Source: a virus. From it: DNA of 64,000 nt. The stretch is from IMG/VR virus record IMGVR_UViG_3300046543_000082, positions 1-64,000 of that record. One strand, written 5' to 3'. The position numbers and the translations under genes are program-made. How positions within the stretch are numbered: position 1 is the first letter of the stretch; the number at the start of each line of letters is the position of its first letter. Shown here piece after piece: positions 7,436 through 16,523 of this stretch. The notes beneath the pieces were generated by a model that had not been told where the DNA came from, searched no databases, and worked only from the letters and a program-made list of their open reading frames with translations.

Positions 7436-8587
7436 ATGGGCCTACTTCGAATAATCCTGGCGCTGTCCGTCTTCGCGGCGCATGCCTACGACGCCTTTGG
7501 CGGTGGCGCGCGGCTGATGGACTGGCATTCCCCAGCGTCGAGAAATGGCATGCACCTGTACGTCTGGTCGGGGCATGCCGTCTTCGCGTTCTTCATCCTG
7601 TCCGGCTTCTACATGGCGATGGTGATCAACGAGAAGTATTCGAAGATGCCCGACGGAACGCGACGCTTCTATTTCAACCGCGCGCTGCGGCTGTATCCGG
7701 CGAACTGGGTGATCCTGGCCGGGTTCGCGCTGGTCTATGTCGCGAGCGGTACGCCGTCGTTTCTCACATTCACCCACGGCGAATCGTGGATGACGCCGAT
7801 CGCGTTCTTCTGCAACCTGTTCTTCTTCGGCGCGGAGATCCTTCCATTCAAGCATCCGCAGAACTGGCAGTATGTCATCGGCCCGATCTGGTCGCTGAGT
7901 CTCGAAGCCTACTTCTACATCCTGGCGCCGTTCATCGTCACGCGGTCGCTGAAGTCGATTGCGCTGCTGGCTGCCGCGAGCGCTGCGCTGCGCCTCACGC
8001 TCTACCATACCGGCGTCGGTCCCGAGCCGTGGCGATACTTCTTCTTCCCGTCCGATCTCGTCTTCTTCCTGATGGGCGTGATCGCGTACCGCCTGTTTGC
8101 CTGCGTGAAGGATGCCGCGTGGACGAAGCCGGCCGGGATCTTCGCGGCTGCAGTGATCTTCGGTCTGATCGCGTTCCCGCCATTCTGGAAATATGCTTCC
8201 AATCTCGACTGCTGGCAGAGTTGGGCGTTCTATTTAACCGTCGCCGCGGGCACGCCGTTCCTGTTCAGCCTGACGAAGAACAGCGCGATCGACAACTTCA
8301 TCGGCCAGCTTTCATACCCGGTTTATCTCGGGCACATCTTGGTCTTCTCGGCGATGCTGTGCTTCTACAATGGCCCGATGGACAAGGGATTGCTGTCGCT
8401 GATCCTGACATTCATCATGGCAGTCGGCATTTATCTAGCCGTGGACAAGCCGATCGATTCCATCAGGCACAACATCGCTAGGCGGCGGGCGCCGGCGCAG
8501 GAGCCGCAACCGGACCGTACTGCGCCAGTGCTGCCGACAGAGCCGTCTGGAACGCGATCAGGCCAATCTGGATTGCGGTCTTCGTAG
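7436..8587 (+). CDS. Acyltransferase-3 family membrane protein (Oac/OafA-like; probable lysogenic conversion)
   Basis: LR..LA..V..H, AV..FFILSGF, R.LRLYP, WSLSLE..FY, G.LSYPVYL.H motifs; next to attP. Confidence 0.9.
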   Translation: MGLLRIILALSVFAAHAYDAFGGGARLMDWHSPASRNGMHLYVWSGHAVFAFFILSGFYMAMVINEKYSKMPDGTRRFYFNRALRLYPANWVILAGFALVYVASGTPSFLTFTHGESWMTPIAFFCNLFFFGAEILPFKHPQNWQYVIGPIWSLSLEAYFYILAPFIVTRSLKSIALLAAASAALRLTLYHTGVGPEPWRYFFFPSDLVFFLMGVIAYRLFACVKDAAWTKPAGIFAAAVIFGLIAFPPFWKYASNLDCWQSWAFYLTVAAGTPFLFSLTKNSAIDNFIGQLSYPVYLGHILVFSAMLCFYNGPMDKGLLSLILTFIMAVGIYLAVDKPIDSIRHNIARRRAPAQEPQPDRTAPVLPTEPSGTRSGQSGLRSS

Positions 8588-8918
8588 CCGGGTCGACGGG
8601 AAGCAGCGCGACGCCCTGAATCGCCGCGGGGATGCTCGAATTGACGAGAGTCGCGACGCTGGCCGGGTCGATGGTTGCGGTGCCCGAGCAGACTGCGGCG
8701 TTGTCCTTCACGATCTCAGCGAAGAGAGCCTGTTTGGCCGCATCACCGGTCGTCAGCGCTTGCATCGAGAGCAATGTGGGCTGGACGACGCTACATGCCT
8801 TCGCGGCCTGTTGCTGAAGCATCTGGGCCTTCTGTGCCACGTCGGCCTGTTGGGTCGTGGTGCAGCCTGCAAAAGCGATAGACGCGGCAATTCCTGCCGC
8901 GAGCAGCATACGTTTCAT
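8478..8918 (-). CDS. Lipoprotein, candidate unimolecular spanin
   Basis: Lipobox FAGC plus C-terminal hydrophobic helix; last gene of lysis cassette. Confidence 0.65.
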   Translation of the reverse strand: MKRMLLAAGIAASIAFAGCTTTQQADVAQKAQMLQQQAAKACSVVQPTLLSMQALTTGDAAKQALFAEIVKDNAAVCSGTATIDPASVATLVNSSIPAAIQGVALLPVDPATKTAIQIGLIAFQTALSAALAQYGPVAAPAPAPAA

Positions 8919-8928
8919 GGTCTTTCCT

Positions 8929-9141
8929 TCAGGGCTTGAGGGTAGGTACTTCGGGGGTGCTACGGGCGTTGATGAGGTTGACGACGTAGTGCGCCGCGGT
9001 CAGGACGATTGCGCCCATTGTTCCTGCCACTTCAGCGGGAGGCGCGGGAAGCTTGCATGCTTGGCATAACCAGACAATGCAGCCGCCGAGCATTGCGCCG
9101 GTAACAGCCGATGCGCCGGTTGAGACGGGTGAGCTATTCAT
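8929..9141 (-). CDS. Small 2-TM protein, candidate holin
   Basis: Two hydrophobic segments; adjacent to endolysin. Confidence 0.55.
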   Translation of the reverse strand: MNSSPVSTGASAVTGAMLGGCIVWLCQACKLPAPPAEVAGTMGAIVLTAAHYVVNLINARSTPEVPTLKP

Positions 9142-9611
9142 TGCACGGCCTCCGGTTGGGCGTGAGCTTCCCCCGATAGATCGGCTCCGAGGGTGAACAG
9201 CGCGCGCTCGGCATTGCGCCGGCGCAGCAGGCCGGCGACGTGCTGGCCGCCCGATACGTCCCAGCGTTCAAATTCACCGATCGCGCCTTCGATGTCGTTC
9301 TCGTTGAGCAGTCGGAGCATCGTCGAATGCTGAAACGCGGTGATGCCGACGTTAAACGTAAAATCAACGAGAGAATCGAATTCTTCCTGCGTCAGACCGA
9401 TCTTGACTAGCAGGTTGACCGCGTTCACCGCGGCGGCAACGTCGTCGAGAAGCCATTTGTCGGCCTCTTCCTGCGTGCAGACCATGCCCGGATGCACGGC
9501 CAGCGTATGACCCCAGCCGATCGTCATCACGCCCTTGACATCGGGGTATGCCACGAGACGACAGCTTTCGAATTGCTCGGTGAGAGCCATTCCCTGTTTC
9601 GAGTACTGCAT
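9138..9611 (-). CDS. Endolysin, GH24 lysozyme
   Basis: FES.RL.AY.D..GV.TIGWGHT and GL.RRR.AE. Confidence 0.93.
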   Translation of the reverse strand: MQYSKQGMALTEQFESCRLVAYPDVKGVMTIGWGHTLAVHPGMVCTQEEADKWLLDDVAAAVNAVNLLVKIGLTQEEFDSLVDFTFNVGITAFQHSTMLRLLNENDIEGAIGEFERWDVSGGQHVAGLLRRRNAERALFTLGADLSGEAHAQPEAVQ

Positions 9612-9977
9612 TCATTCCTCCCTTGCGGTGAGTGTTTTCAACCTGCGTTCTTCAATATCGCGAATCGCACGCAAATGCGTTCCATGCTCGATCGTCATTT
9701 CTCTCTGTGATTCGGCCATCGAAAGGAGCGCGTCGAGTTGTTTGCGCTGCATTTCCGCCATTTCGTCCTGTTTCCGAGATACCCCCTTCACCATCATTGA
9801 AGAGACGACGCCATAGATTGATGCTTCCATGGACAGAATCAGATTCGTCAGCCCGAGATCCGCGTCATATGCGCGCATGACGTGCGCGGTCAACGACATC
9901 GTGATGAACCCGCATAACACCGTCAGGAAGACTTTCGGCTCGCGGAATACCGCGTAGAGGCGCAGAAGGCTAGGCAT
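9612..9977 (-). CDS. Membrane protein (DUF1003-like)
   Basis: Two TM segments, L.NLILS.EA motif, coiled-coil tail. Confidence 0.55.
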   Translation of the reverse strand: MPSLLRLYAVFREPKVFLTVLCGFITMSLTAHVMRAYDADLGLTNLILSMEASIYGVVSSMMVKGVSRKQDEMAEMQRKQLDALLSMAESQREMTIEHGTHLRAIRDIEERRLKTLTAREE

Positions 9978-10170
9978 GTGGGTGGAAGTACATGAGGATT
10001 TCGAAGACCGCTTCGAGCGCGACGAGCACGATCACGATCCATTCGAGCCGCCGGCTATGACTCTGATCGCGCGCGCCTTCGAGCATGTCGATGCGCTCGC
10101 CGTAGTGGTCGAGCCGCTCGTCGTGAAGCTCGAAGCGGCCCTCTATGGTTTCGTCATCCATGATGCGCAA
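9970..10170 (-). CDS. Small coiled-coil plus C-terminal TM protein
   Basis: Coupled ORF in lysis cassette. Confidence 0.6.
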   Translation of the reverse strand: MRIMDDETIEGRFELHDERLDHYGERIDMLEGARDQSHSRRLEWIVIVLVALEAVFEILMYFHPHA

Positions 10171-10456
10171 GGAACAGCGTGATCACCGCGATCAGCACCG
10201 AGCCGCCCGTCAGAAACAGGCCAATCTTTCCCGGTATCGAGTTGTGCGCATCGGTGAGTTGCTTGTTGAACTTCTCGTCGATGTTCCGGCTGAGGTGGAG
10301 AATATCGTCCTTCGTCGCGACGATCGCTATAGCTGTGCGCAACTCGGCCACCGTTTCATCCAGCTTCGCCAAGTGCTGATCATGCCTAGCAATATCTTCG
10401 TCATGCGCTCGAACCCGCTCGCGCAGTTCTACAATGGCAGCCATGTGTTGATCCAT
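10154..10456 (-). CDS. Coiled-coil plus C-terminal TM protein (holin/XhlA-like architecture)
   Basis: First gene of lysis cassette. Confidence 0.65.
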   Translation of the reverse strand: MDQHMAAIVELRERVRAHDEDIARHDQHLAKLDETVAELRTAIAIVATKDDILHLSRNIDEKFNKQLTDAHNSIPGKIGLFLTGGSVLIAVITLFLAHHG

Positions 10457-10474
10457 GATTTCCCCGGTGATGGT

Positions 10475-11350
10475 CTATTTAGATTTCAGTGCGTCGACTT
10501 CCGCCGACAATTCCTTGATGGCTTCGACGAGCAGCCCGACGAGGTTCCCGTATGCGACCGACAGATAGCCGCCCGGACCTTCCTTGACCGCTTCAGGCGC
10601 CGCGCGCTGCACGTCCTGTGCAATCAGACCGATCTGCCGCACGTCGCCATCCTTGAGCCGGTACGTGATGCCGTTGAGCTTCTGGAGGCGCTTCAGAGCG
10701 TTGTCGATTGCCCTGATGTCGGTCTTGAGGCGCCTGTCCGAGTGCTGGGTGAGCGTCCCGGCAATGGTCATGTTCCCTTGGTCCGTCATCGTCGCGAACG
10801 TAGCGCCGAGCATCGTCTGATAGGCGAGCGTCCAGCCGGAGCCATCGCCGAAAGCGATTGGAGCCACAAAGGGGGAAACGATCTCGCTGAGTGTCAGGCC
10901 ATTACCGCCCGTGACGGTCAGGGACGCGCACGAGAAATTCGTGAAGCTCGGCAGCGATGAAAAGGCCGGATTCAGCAGACCGACGTCGACTTCTGACAAG
11001 CCGCTATCCAGAGCGCCCGAGTCCCATTTGACGGTGACGGTCGTGAGTGACGTGAACGCGGACGCGGAAATTGTTCCGTAGATCGTGCCCGCGCTCACCG
11101 TCGCGCGGACGCGGCGCCCGAGCGGGTAAATGACTCCCTGATTCCCAGCCATCGTGAACACGGTTGCGCTGACGTACGTCGGCGTGACGCCGTAGTTGAG
11201 CCATTCAGGACCGGCATACCATGTCGCGACATCGGCCATCATCTGGCGTGCACTGTCGTTGACCGTCGACGCGGGTTGCTGTTCAGCCCAGTTGATCGAA
11301 CCAGCCGACGCATTGTTGGCCGGCGTGGTGGACCACTGATACATTGCCAT
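10475..11350 (-). CDS. Short tail fibre with C-terminal intramolecular chaperone (peptidase S74)
   Basis: SDRRLKTDI...GLIAQDVQ...PEAV...LVEAIKEL. Confidence 0.88.
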   Translation of the reverse strand: MAMYQWSTTPANNASAGSINWAEQQPASTVNDSARQMMADVATWYAGPEWLNYGVTPTYVSATVFTMAGNQGVIYPLGRRVRATVSAGTIYGTISASAFTSLTTVTVKWDSGALDSGLSEVDVGLLNPAFSSLPSFTNFSCASLTVTGGNGLTLSEIVSPFVAPIAFGDGSGWTLAYQTMLGATFATMTDQGNMTIAGTLTQHSDRRLKTDIRAIDNALKRLQKLNGITYRLKDGDVRQIGLIAQDVQRAAPEAVKEGPGGYLSVAYGNLVGLLVEAIKELSAEVDALKSK

Positions 11351-11368
11351 TTCGGTTCACCTATAATG

Positions 11369-11392
11369 AAAAACCCCGCGCGTGGCGGGGTT
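11369..11392 (-). terminator. Intrinsic terminator after ejection genes
   Basis: CCCCGC-loop-GCGGGG followed by T-run on minus strand. Confidence 0.7.
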
Positions 11393-11402
11393 CGGGGGAT
11401 TT

Positions 11403-11531
11403 ATGAACAACATTGGAATGATCGCGATCGGACCTCTTTTGTCGATCGCGATCTATCACTTGCTGTCTGGCAGTGTTTCAGCGATACGCCGCTGGCGCGG
11501 AAGACGGCAGGCCAAGCGGCAATGGCGGTAA
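11403..11531 (+). CDS. 42-aa antisense TM peptide with Arg-rich tail
   Basis: GGGGGA RBS; syntenic analog at 51918-52139. Confidence 0.55.
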   Translation: MNNIGMIAIGPLLSIAIYHLLSGSVSAIRRWRGRRQAKRQWR

Positions 11532-13541
11532 CGGAGACGGCGGGACAGGAGCCGGCGCGTTGCCAAGTGACCCGGCAAGCGCTCGCGTCACGAATGCCCG
11601 GTTCTGCGCGCCTTGGATCAGTGGCCCGATGTACGGAACCTTCTTCACGCCTGTTCCGAGCAAGCCAGTGATCGCCGATGCCGTGTTCGAGGTATTGACG
11701 GGCGCGGCGCTTGGGAAGCTGTTCATGTAGCCGCCGACGCGGCCGATCGTGTGAAGCTGCGCGATCTCGTCTGGCGTATAAAAGGCACCCAATTTCGTAT
11801 CGCCTAGGTTGCTCAGCACATTCGCGTAACGGTTCGGAGCGAATGAGGCATCGCCGCCTGAATTCTGCCCGAACGCACCTTGAGACAGCCTGCCGCCGAC
11901 CTGTGCGCGCATTTCCGCGAGAGTTGCTGGCGAGTGCTGCTTCAGGAGATTCGACAGCCCTAGGACGCTGTTCGTATCGCCATTCAGCACGAAGCGATTC
12001 ACGAAGGCATCGGGCGTTACGCTTCCGCTTGACGCCGCTTCGAGCGCCGGAACCTGATCCTGAAGGGCGAAACGCTGCGCCGCCAAGGCGCGAGCCGGCG
12101 CAAAGACGCCGCCCTTGTCGTCAGCAGACAGGATTGCGTTTTTCACGCTATTGCGCAGTTGACCAAGCGCCGCGTTCGTCGCCGGATCGTTACTCTGGTT
12201 CGAGTTGATGACCTTTAGAAGATTTTCGGCGTTCTCAATCGAAAACGTCTTTTGCTGCGTACCACCCATCAGACCAAGCTGATTGAAGTTGTTTCGAACG
12301 CCACTCGGAACCTTGTCGCCGAAGTCGTTCATAACCTGCGCATAGTCCTGCGCTACGCCCGTAAGCGGCACATCGAGATTCTTGCCACTTGACGCGCGCG
12401 CGGCGTTATATGCCGCAGTGACCTGCGATCCCATCTGATTGTCGATGGATTTGAGCGTGTTCTGAAGCTGTGTACCCGCTGCGTAGGCATCGGCCGGCTG
12501 ACCGGCGAGGCTGAACAGGTTCTGCTGAAGCTGCGTGTTCTGTCCATTGAAACGCTGCGTGAGCGGCGCTCCCACTTCCGGGACGCCCCGCAAGTTCATC
12601 TCTTGCGCGAACTGCATCGGGTCGCGAGTGATCTGACCGAGAGTGGGTTGCATTCCGAGATTGCGGAAGTCCTGCGCGCGTACCGCCGCTGCCGGGCTCG
12701 CGGTCGGGAATTGCTGGATCTGACTTGCGACTTGCTGCTTGAGCGGATCGATTTCAGTCGGCGAGAACAGCGATCCGCCTTGCGGGCCAAGATCAGAGAT
12801 CGTTCGATCAACGCCCGCGTCGGCGCGAGCAGCGGCTTGCGGGCCGCTAAGCGGAGGCGCGGTGAAATTTCCTACCTTGCCAGCAATGCCCCGAGCGGCG
12901 GAAGTCAGCGCCGAACCGGCACCTACGCCAAGCGTGCTACCCAAGACACCGGCGCCAAGCTGCCACCACGGATTCAACCCGAGTTCCGCTGCGCCTTGTG
13001 AACCCGCGCCAGCGCCAGCCCCGCCGAAAATCTGCATGCCGGGAGCGATCTTCATGCCGTTCCCGACAGCTGCCACGACGGGAGATGCAGACCCCGACAA
13101 GATGCCGCCTAATCCCATAGATGTAGGCGCCGCAGCCATTCCAGCGGTCGCCGCCTGGACGACGCGCTCGGTCGGGTTTTGAGGCTGCGCGAATCCAGCG
13201 GAGTTCATTCCTTGCTGGATCACGTTCGAAGGCATCTGAAGCTGCGGGATATTCGAGCCGGCCGCGGAATTGACGCCGCGAATCCCGAGATTGACGCCCG
13301 AGTTCAGCGCATTGCCAACCATCGCCGGAAGTGCAGTTACGCCAGTCACGCCCGCGCGAGCTGTCAGCCCGAGTTGGTGGCCGACATCTCCCCAAAATGA
13401 CGAGCTATCTGGCACTTTAGGCGGAACAACCTGAGCAGGAGTATTCGGCGTCGCATCCCATTGCGCCGCCAGAGACGGCGCGGATGCTGATGCGGGCGCA
13501 CTGGCCGCCTGAATGGCGTCGAAATCATCCGCGAGGCTCAT
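11478..13541 (-). CDS. Internal virion (DNA ejection) protein
   Basis: Large Ala/Gly/Gln-rich ORF at ejection locus; PTLGQIT motif echoed by TPGQTL in 51987-53711. Confidence 0.75.
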   Translation of the reverse strand: MSLADDFDAIQAASAPASASAPSLAAQWDATPNTPAQVVPPKVPDSSSFWGDVGHQLGLTARAGVTGVTALPAMVGNALNSGVNLGIRGVNSAAGSNIPQLQMPSNVIQQGMNSAGFAQPQNPTERVVQAATAGMAAAPTSMGLGGILSGSASPVVAAVGNGMKIAPGMQIFGGAGAGAGSQGAAELGLNPWWQLGAGVLGSTLGVGAGSALTSAARGIAGKVGNFTAPPLSGPQAAARADAGVDRTISDLGPQGGSLFSPTEIDPLKQQVASQIQQFPTASPAAAVRAQDFRNLGMQPTLGQITRDPMQFAQEMNLRGVPEVGAPLTQRFNGQNTQLQQNLFSLAGQPADAYAAGTQLQNTLKSIDNQMGSQVTAAYNAARASSGKNLDVPLTGVAQDYAQVMNDFGDKVPSGVRNNFNQLGLMGGTQQKTFSIENAENLLKVINSNQSNDPATNAALGQLRNSVKNAILSADDKGGVFAPARALAAQRFALQDQVPALEAASSGSVTPDAFVNRFVLNGDTNSVLGLSNLLKQHSPATLAEMRAQVGGRLSQGAFGQNSGGDASFAPNRYANVLSNLGDTKLGAFYTPDEIAQLHTIGRVGGYMNSFPSAAPVNTSNTASAITGLLGTGVKKVPYIGPLIQGAQNRAFVTRALAGSLGNAPAPVPPSPLPPLPLGLPSSAPAAYR

Positions 13542-15532
13542 TGAAACACCCCCAACGATTCAAGGTTGCGCATTTGCTTGCCGAACGAAGCCTGTTGCGC
13601 GGGGGTCATGCTGGCCTTGAACGCCTGCCTCTGCTGCGGGTTCATGTTCTGGAATTGCCAGATGCGCGGATCGGCGTTCTGGTCGAACGTCATTTCCTTC
13701 TGACTGTAGGCTTGCGGGTTGCGCGAGTTGAAGTCGCCTTGCAAGAGGCGCGCTTTCGCCTGCGTCATTTGGCTTGCGCCGACGAGGTTGTCTGCCGCCT
13801 CATTAATCGCGTCCTTATTCATGTGCGAATTCGGATAGGCGGATTGGAGGATAGAGCGCGCCGCATCCGTCCCAAGATCACCGGAGCCGAGGCGCGAGAC
13901 GATCTGGTTGCTGTATTTGTCAAGCAGGTTATTGGCAGTGACCGTATCCGTAGCCTTCTCGGAACCTGCCAGCGACAGCAGACCATTCACATAATTCAGT
14001 TTGTCCGACTGCTGACCGAGTGCCGCCTTTTGAGCAAGCGACCGGATGTTGTCCAGATATGAAACGGTTGTCTGAGCCTGCGAGTTCGCGCTATTTAGCG
14101 CCGTCCATTTCTTCGAGAGATCGCCTTGCAAATCCTCTTGGCCCCTGCTGTAGCCCGCCGGATTCTCCGGCGCCACCGCAGGAGCGCTGCCGCCCTGACC
14201 TGAAAAATTCTGCATCTGCGCGTGAACCTGCCCGACGTACGACTGAGTTTGGGGGGGAAGCATCTTCCACGGGCGCCCAGCAGAAATCCACTTGTCGGCG
14301 TTCTGCGGCCCCCAGTTGTACGCGACAGCCGCATCCGTGTCGTTGCCATAATGCTGCTGCATAGCATTCGCATAGTCGGCGCCGACGCGCTGCAATTCAT
14401 GAGGCGAGTTATTTGCTGCCGGCCGAACGCCGAAGCCCGGATTGGACGAACCCGCGCCGGTCGGCGTGACCTGCATGCTTCCGGCCGCGCCAGAAGCCGG
14501 ATTGACAGCAGCGGGACTGCCTTGGCTTTCGACCTGCCGAATCGCGTTCTGGAACGGCGTGAAGCCGGGCACGCCCGCGCCGGGAGACCCACCCGTCAAC
14601 TGATCCGAGAGAGCGCCCTGATTGACGAAGACCGGCTTGCCATTTGAATATCCGGTCGTGTTCGTGCCGTATGCCTTGCCGATTGCGCCAGCCGCCGCAT
14701 TGGCCTTCTCAACGTCGGTTGCCCCCGGCAAGCCGGTTACCCCGGTTATGCGACCGCCCTGAATATTGGGGATAGCATTATCCGGAATCTTCGGAGCCAT
14801 CGCCACGATATTGCCTTGATAGTCGTACATGGGCGCGCCGGCCCGTCCGGCCACCAATGGAATATTGGTGGCCTTCGTGACGCCCGCCAAATTCGCAGCC
14901 TGAAGTTGTGCTGGCGTCATCCCAGCTTGATAGCCCATCTTAGAGATGTCCGTCGGCATCTGCATCGCCAACGTCGGATCGTGCTCGACTGCCACGCGCA
15001 TGAGATCGCCGCCGCCCTGAATGCCGGCAACGTTCATCAGCATGCCCTGCTGGAACAGTTGCTGAGGCGAGCGCCCGTAGATGGTGCCGGCAGCGGAAGC
15101 GGGGCCGGCCGCCGGCGCTGCCTGCTGCGGCATCTGCGGCGCCATCCCGCCCATCCCGGCAGACAACCCGGACATCGGGCCGGCATTCGCCGCGCCCGTT
15201 ACCGGCGCGCCCTGCGCCATCGTCGGATTGGGCTGGCTCGGCTGTGCCGCAGGCGCACCGCCCATGCCCGTCGTATCGCCGCCCATCAACCCTTGCATCG
15301 CGCGCATCTTCAGCATCTGCTGCTGCATCTGAAACGCATTGCCGGCGCCCTGCTGCATGCCCTGCATACCCGCGCCCATCGCCTGACCCATCGATACAGG
15401 GATGCGCGACGGCCCCGAGGCCGACAGAAGCCCTTGCGACATGCCAAGCAACGCAGCCGTCTGCGGGTTGGCATACATGCCCATCAGGCCCATGCCACCG
15501 CTAGGATCGCCCGATCCGTCAAACAGTCCCAT
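13538..15532 (-). CDS. Ejection protein with lytic transglycosylase (SLT) domain
   Basis: IRQVES.G...AV...GA.GSMQ.TP...AVAYNWGP...T..YV. Confidence 0.85.
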   Translation of the reverse strand: MGLFDGSGDPSGGMGLMGMYANPQTAALLGMSQGLLSASGPSRIPVSMGQAMGAGMQGMQQGAGNAFQMQQQMLKMRAMQGLMGGDTTGMGGAPAAQPSQPNPTMAQGAPVTGAANAGPMSGLSAGMGGMAPQMPQQAAPAAGPASAAGTIYGRSPQQLFQQGMLMNVAGIQGGGDLMRVAVEHDPTLAMQMPTDISKMGYQAGMTPAQLQAANLAGVTKATNIPLVAGRAGAPMYDYQGNIVAMAPKIPDNAIPNIQGGRITGVTGLPGATDVEKANAAAGAIGKAYGTNTTGYSNGKPVFVNQGALSDQLTGGSPGAGVPGFTPFQNAIRQVESQGSPAAVNPASGAAGSMQVTPTGAGSSNPGFGVRPAANNSPHELQRVGADYANAMQQHYGNDTDAAVAYNWGPQNADKWISAGRPWKMLPPQTQSYVGQVHAQMQNFSGQGGSAPAVAPENPAGYSRGQEDLQGDLSKKWTALNSANSQAQTTVSYLDNIRSLAQKAALGQQSDKLNYVNGLLSLAGSEKATDTVTANNLLDKYSNQIVSRLGSGDLGTDAARSILQSAYPNSHMNKDAINEAADNLVGASQMTQAKARLLQGDFNSRNPQAYSQKEMTFDQNADPRIWQFQNMNPQQRQAFKASMTPAQQASFGKQMRNLESLGVFQ

Positions 15533-16523
15533 ATGCGCTCCCGAATCCGAACGGATTGGTCATTCCAGGTTGTCCCGCCTGATTGAAGCTCGCGTAGGTC
15601 ATCGACGGACCAAGCGGCATTTGCTGCTGCGGGCGCTGATTACCGAATCTCTGCGGCTGCGGCATCTGGCCCATCATCTGGGGCTGCTGATTGCTCCGCT
15701 GCATCATGTTTTGCCCTTGGTTCATCATCTGGCCCATGTTGGGCGAGGGCGATCCGTTCAACAGGCCGCCCATCGTTGCGTCGCCCACCGGCGCAGCGCC
15801 GGCCACGTTTCCAGAGATGCCGCCACCGAGCGCGCCGGCTGAAGTGCCACTCATGCCGCCACCGGGTAGCAGGCCGCTAAACATCCCCGTCGGCGCGGAC
15901 CCGAGCGCGGCGCCCATGTCGCCCGCAGCACCGAGGCCCGAGCCGCCCGCACCGACTGCGCCCGTCAGCCCCGCGTCGCCAAGCGCCGCAGGACCGCCCA
16001 AGAGGCCAGTCATTCCGCCCGCGCCGGCGCCCGAACTGAACAGTCCGGCCGTGCCGCTGCCGACCACTGGGGACGCCGCTGCGCCGCCCCATGCCGCGCC
16101 TGTGCCAAGGCCGGCACCGCCAAGCCCCGAACCTATGCCGGCACTCCCGGCGTCCGCCACGCCTGCACCCGCTGCACCCGCGCCTGCACCGCCAGCACTC
16201 CCCAATGCCGCCCCGATGCCGGGAGCAGCAAAGTTGCCTGCAATCATCGGCGCGATCTTGTCCGCGATACCGTTGAGGCCGCTGAACATGTTGAGCGCAC
16301 CGGTATTGCCCGGGTTGTTGCGATACATGTCCTGCCACGCGCCTTGCGTGAAGTTTCCGGTCGGGCTGAACAACGCACCGCCGGAGCCGTTATTGAACAG
16401 ACCGCCGATCAGCGGGTCGTAGCCGGGGACGCCCGCGGCCGCGCCCAATGCTTGAAGCGGATGCCCGGCGATTTCCCCCAGACTGTCTTTCGCGAAATCG
16501 AAGACGTTACCGAATAAGGACAT
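15519..16523 (-). CDS. Gly-rich internal virion protein
   Basis: GDAGLTG...FSGLLPGGGMSGT core shared with 55593-56687. Confidence 0.75.
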   Translation of the reverse strand: MSLFGNVFDFAKDSLGEIAGHPLQALGAAAGVPGYDPLIGGLFNNGSGGALFSPTGNFTQGAWQDMYRNNPGNTGALNMFSGLNGIADKIAPMIAGNFAAPGIGAALGSAGGAGAGAAGAGVADAGSAGIGSGLGGAGLGTGAAWGGAAASPVVGSGTAGLFSSGAGAGGMTGLLGGPAALGDAGLTGAVGAGGSGLGAAGDMGAALGSAPTGMFSGLLPGGGMSGTSAGALGGGISGNVAGAAPVGDATMGGLLNGSPSPNMGQMMNQGQNMMQRSNQQPQMMGQMPQPQRFGNQRPQQQMPLGPSMTYASFNQAGQPGMTNPFGFGSAYGTV

